DNA of 64,000 nucleotides, from the NCBI GenBank assembly GCA_951406725.2, contig OX597818.1, positions 89,280,001 to 89,344,000 on the forward strand, read 5' to 3'. Source of the stretch: Octopus vulgaris (lineage: Eukaryota). The notes under the pieces are model-generated. The model was not told the origin of the DNA. It ran no database searches and worked only from the letters and a program-made list of their open reading frames with translations. The position numbers and the translations under genes were made by a program. How positions within the stretch are numbered: position 1 is the first letter of the stretch; each line of letters begins with the position of its first letter. This document shows positions 57,671 through 64,000 of this stretch, one piece after another.

Positions 57671-57885
57671 TGTGTGTGTTTGTGTGTCTATGTTTGTCCC
57701 TCTAGCATTGCTTGACAACCGATGATGCTGTGTTTATGTTCCCCGTTACTTAGCGGTTCGGCAAAAGAGACCGATAGAATAAGTACTGGGCTTACAAAGA
57801 ATAAGTCCCGGGGTCGAGTTGCTCGATTAAAGGCGGTGCTACAGCATGGCCGCAGTCAAATGACTGAAACAAGTAAAAGCGTAAA
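57469..57885 (+). mobile_element. SINE family A, near full-length
   Basis: Head through tail present. Confidence 0.93.
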
Positions 57886-58614
57886 GAGAGAGAGAGAGAT
57901 ATACATGTATACATCTATCTATCTATCAATTTTTCTATCTCCCTATCTATCTTTATTAGCATCTCTGCGGGAGTATGTTTCTCTGTCTGCTAGTAACATA
58001 ATTTCACTTTACACAACACATTAGTCGAACAACCAGAGATGTAACTTTGTCCTGTGGATATTTTCTTTGCAGAAGTTTCAAGTGTGTAACGGTGGCTACG
58101 TAAATAATGCTAACTCTGCACTTGAAACTGAAACTCCGTACATAAACGTAAAAATATCCCCGTTCAGACATCAATTGAATTATGAATCATGAATTATGAA
58201 TTATGAATTATACATTCAAATACATATCATTATTTGAAAAGAATGCAGTAGAAGGAAGAGGTAAATACTCAGGGACGCCTGCTGTATTAAAAATATATAA
58301 TTAAATGAACGCTAATATATTTTATGTAATGTAGTGAGCAAAGAAAATTTATTTCTTGAAACTTGAAATTGTTATCCTCATTCCGTAAACGGCGGCTTTT
58401 AACGGGTGGAGAGCTGAACCATCCTGGGGTACAGAGGATTCGCAATCTAGACTAGGGTCTGAACGTTTACCACACCATAGCAGGTTACACCATGGTTCCT
58501 CTGCTTTGTGGCCGAAGTAGGAAGAAAGAGTAAGAGAAAGTTGTGGTGAAAGAGTACGGCAGAGTTCACCCCACCACCACCACCGCCGGAGCCTCGTGGA
58601 GCTTAGGTGTTTTT

Positions 58615-58847
58615 ATTATTTCTTTACTAGCCACAATGGGCTAAACACAGAGGGAACAAACAAGGACAGACAAATGGATTAAGTCGATTACATCGACCCC
58701 AGTGCGTAACAGGTACTTAATTTATCGACCCCGAAAGGATGAAAGGCAAAGTCGACTTCGGCAGAATTTGAACTCAGAACGCAGCGGCAGAAGAAATACC
58801 GCAAAGCATTTCACCCGGCGTGCTAACGATTCTGCCAGCTCGCCGCC
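58615..58847 (-). mobile_element. SINE family B, full-length, with 12-bp TSD
   Basis: TTAGGTGTTTTT at 58603-58614 and 58850-58861. Confidence 0.92.
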
Positions 58848-59380
58848 TTTTAGGTGTTTTTACCCAATAATGCTGCTGCTGTTGTGGATACAGCAGTTAT
58901 TAATGTGTCTAATGCTGCTGTTGATGCTACTATCTCTGTGTGGTATGTGTTTTATTTTTGTCAAATGCAGGTTACCATATTTAACATGAGCTGAAAATAA
59001 TTTTGAACCTACTGAACTCTAGACCATGAATTTTTTGCTCATTACGGTTATGATCTCCACTGACTATAAATAGTTTTCGATATAATAGAGTGCACTTAAC
59101 TATACATTCTTCATGCAGAAGACTCGCTTAGAATAACTTCCAATTTCATGTCTTATGTTCGATGGGGATGTACGAGAGAAATGGCGTTGTTTGGTGTGAG
59201 CAGTTTTCATGTAATGTCAATGAGTGTGAAGGTACGCGCTTTTCACGATAACAAAATGTGTCATTCACATGTCTATGTAGCCACACATACATACATACAT
59301 ACATACATACATACATACATACATACATACATACATACATACATACATACATACATAGACAGACAGACAGACAGACAGAC

Positions 59381-59466
<86 letters not shown>

Positions 59467-59516
59467 GCATGTGTGTTTGTATGTATGTATGTATATATGT
59501 ATGTATGTGTGTGTGT

Positions 59517-59554
<38 letters not shown>

Positions 59555-59555
<1 letters not shown>

Positions 59556-59780
59556 CATATGTTTGTGTGTCTGTGTTAGTCCCACCAACATCGCTTTACA
59601 ACCGACGCTGATGTGCTTACGTCCCCGTAACTTAGCGGTTCGGCAAAAGAGACCGATAGAATAAGTCCTATGTGTTCGACGTCTTTTTGGTGTCCTGTAC
59701 ACATATATGCGTGTATATGTACATGTAGAGGTAGGTACGTACATATATGTTTATATATATGCATATATTTTATTAACATA
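59555..59780 (+). mobile_element. SINE A central fragment fused to the 3' end of the 39276-type element
   Basis: GCAAAAGAGACCGATAGAATAAGT joined to GGTGTCCTGTAC..GTAGGTACGTACATATATGTTT. Confidence 0.7.
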
Positions 59781-59806
59781 TATACGTACGTACATACATA
59801 CATACA

Positions 59807-59838
<32 letters not shown>

Positions 59839-59864
59839 CCCACAGACACACACACGTGTATGTG

Positions 59865-59949
<85 letters not shown>

Positions 59950-60109
59950 GTGTGCATAAATAATCAATCAATAAAGTACAGACTATAAGCTAATTGCACT
60001 GGAGAAAAAATGCTTAGATAAGGATAAAACAATAGAAAAAAAGAACAAAAATATAAACAAAAATATTGAAACAAAACACTTCAAAATTTACTAAAGAAAA
60101 AACAACAAT

Positions 60110-60255
60110 AATGATGTGGAAAGCATCCCCCATGGACAATAACCTTACAAAAGACGACAGAGAGGAAGTAACACAGTGTGAAAGCCAACGATGGCTTAAA
60201 GGTCTCACGTAAAAGAAATGAAAAGTCTTGTTTATGCCGCACGGGACCAACGTTG
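60110..60255 (+). pseudogene. Degenerate R4/Dong-like fragment
   Basis: WKASP/HGQ..WLKG..SLVYAARDQ, resembling the W...LHG..WL..E..I.AAQDQ motif. Confidence 0.45.
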
Positions 60256-60727
60256 ATTCACAAAGGAAAATATAATTAGAAATGTAGCGTAATGAATAAG
60301 GCTGCTAACATCAAGCATAAAGTATGGAATCAGTGTAAAGAATCAATGGACTTCATCTATTCTTATTGTCCAGTCCTTATAAATACAGCTCTGGCCCAGT
60401 AAACAACTCTGATCATTAGGTGACTTGCATGTGTGTAGGTGTATATATATATAAATATATAGGCAATAATAAATCTCTGAACGAGATATAGACAGTAGCT
60501 GCACCACAATGGTTAGTGGTTAACCATATTGAGATGGCAAATATACTTCACATTATATATGTATGTATATATGTATATATGTATATGTGTGTGTGTGTGT
60601 ATGTATATATGTGTATGTATATATATGTATATATATATATATGTATATGTATATATATATATGTATATATATATGTATATATGTGTGTATGTGTATTTGT
60701 GTGTGTGTGTATGTGTGTGTGTGTGTG

Positions 60728-60846
60728 TGATAAGTAGCTTGCTTACTAACCACATAGTTCCGGGTTCAGTCCCACAGCGTGGCACCTTGGACAAATGTCT
60801 TCTACTATAGCCTCGGGCCGACCAAAGCCTTGTGAGTGGATTTGGT
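60728..60846 (+). mobile_element. SINE family A head
   Basis: AAGTAGCTTGCTTAC..GCCTTGTGAGTGGATTTGG. Confidence 0.88.
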
Positions 60847-60880
60847 TACTGCTGCCTTCTTCTTCTTATTATTATGTATG

Positions 60881-62296
<1,416 letters not shown>

Positions 62297-62303
62297 TAAT
62301 ACA

Positions 62304-63190
<887 letters not shown>

Positions 63191-63200
63191 TGTATATATG

Positions 63201-63248
<48 letters not shown>

Positions 63249-63289
63249 AACATATATATATATATATGTGTGTGTGTGTGTATGTATGT

Positions 63290-63463
63290 GTGTGTATATG
63301 TTTGCGCGTCTGTGTTTGTCCCATCACTTAGTGGCTCGACAAGAGAGACCGACAGAATAAGTACTAGGCATACAAATAATTAGTCCTCGGGTCGAGTTGC
63401 TCGACTAAAGGCGGTGCTCCAGCACGGCCACAGTCAAATGACTGAAACAAGTAAAGGAGTAAA
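63290..63463 (+). mobile_element. SINE family A, 3' part
   Basis: GGCGGTGCTCCAGCACGGCCACAGTCAAATGACTGAAACAAG. Confidence 0.88.
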
Positions 63464-64000
63464 GTTGACATGCGAAAGTGAATAAATGTAATTTCTGGTA
63501 ACGTGCATCGTTTCTAAGCGATTCAATCTACATATTGATATACTACATATAGAGAGATAGAGGGGGGGGGAGACAGACAGACATACAGACAGACAGAGAC
63601 AGAGATAGACAGGCAGAGAAGGAGAGAAAAAACAAAGATATTTTATTCCATGCGAGTAGAAATATAGGAAAAAATAGAAGTTGAAAATGTACTGAGAATA
63701 GTTAAAATATTTTTTATTAATATATTTGAAGTTTTAACCGGTTTCACAGTTTACACTGATTTTCAAATATTTCAAATAGAAAGACGTGGCTTATGTCGCA
63801 GCTGTCTTGCTCCTAACTAGTATTTGAAGTATGCCTTGATTTTATAGGGAGTTCATGGCTCAAATTAGTGTATGTTTTGAATAAGATTTGATTGGTTGAG
63901 GATAACCAAATATTACCTAGATTAGTAAAGAGCTTAAAGCAATCTTTTAGTAGGGTCCCAAGTTATGGGTCATCACAGTTCTATATTGTAAATCTGTTGA

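Overview
AT-rich eukaryotic intergenic or intronic DNA. The SINE families and microsatellite load look like an octopus (coleoid cephalopod) genome; this is an inference. I find no credible host protein-coding exon, and almost all listed ORFs are translations of (TA)n, (CA)n, (GATA)n, (CATA)n or trinucleotide tracts. The real content is: three tRNA-derived SINE families; two 5'-truncated copies of one CR1/L2-group LINE; decayed R4/Dong-like and RTE LINE pieces; a full-length but dead DD37D (maT) transposon plus other Tc1/mariner and pogo-like pieces; a Helentron-type HINE; an orphan 5S rRNA copy abutting a SINE; and a Penelope GIY-YIG fragment. The most notable signal is a set of unrelated non-coding fold-back (inverted-repeat) elements, all inserted in (TA)n. 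Most carry minimal type-I hammerhead-ribozyme motifs (CUGANGA / GAAA / palindromic stem III / UH), including a near-perfect 368-bp palindrome with a hammerhead on each strand and one hammerhead-shaped fold with a non-canonical core. A second clear signal is a 42-nt 3' tail shared by the LINE and SINE family A, whose hairpin shows compensatory changes.
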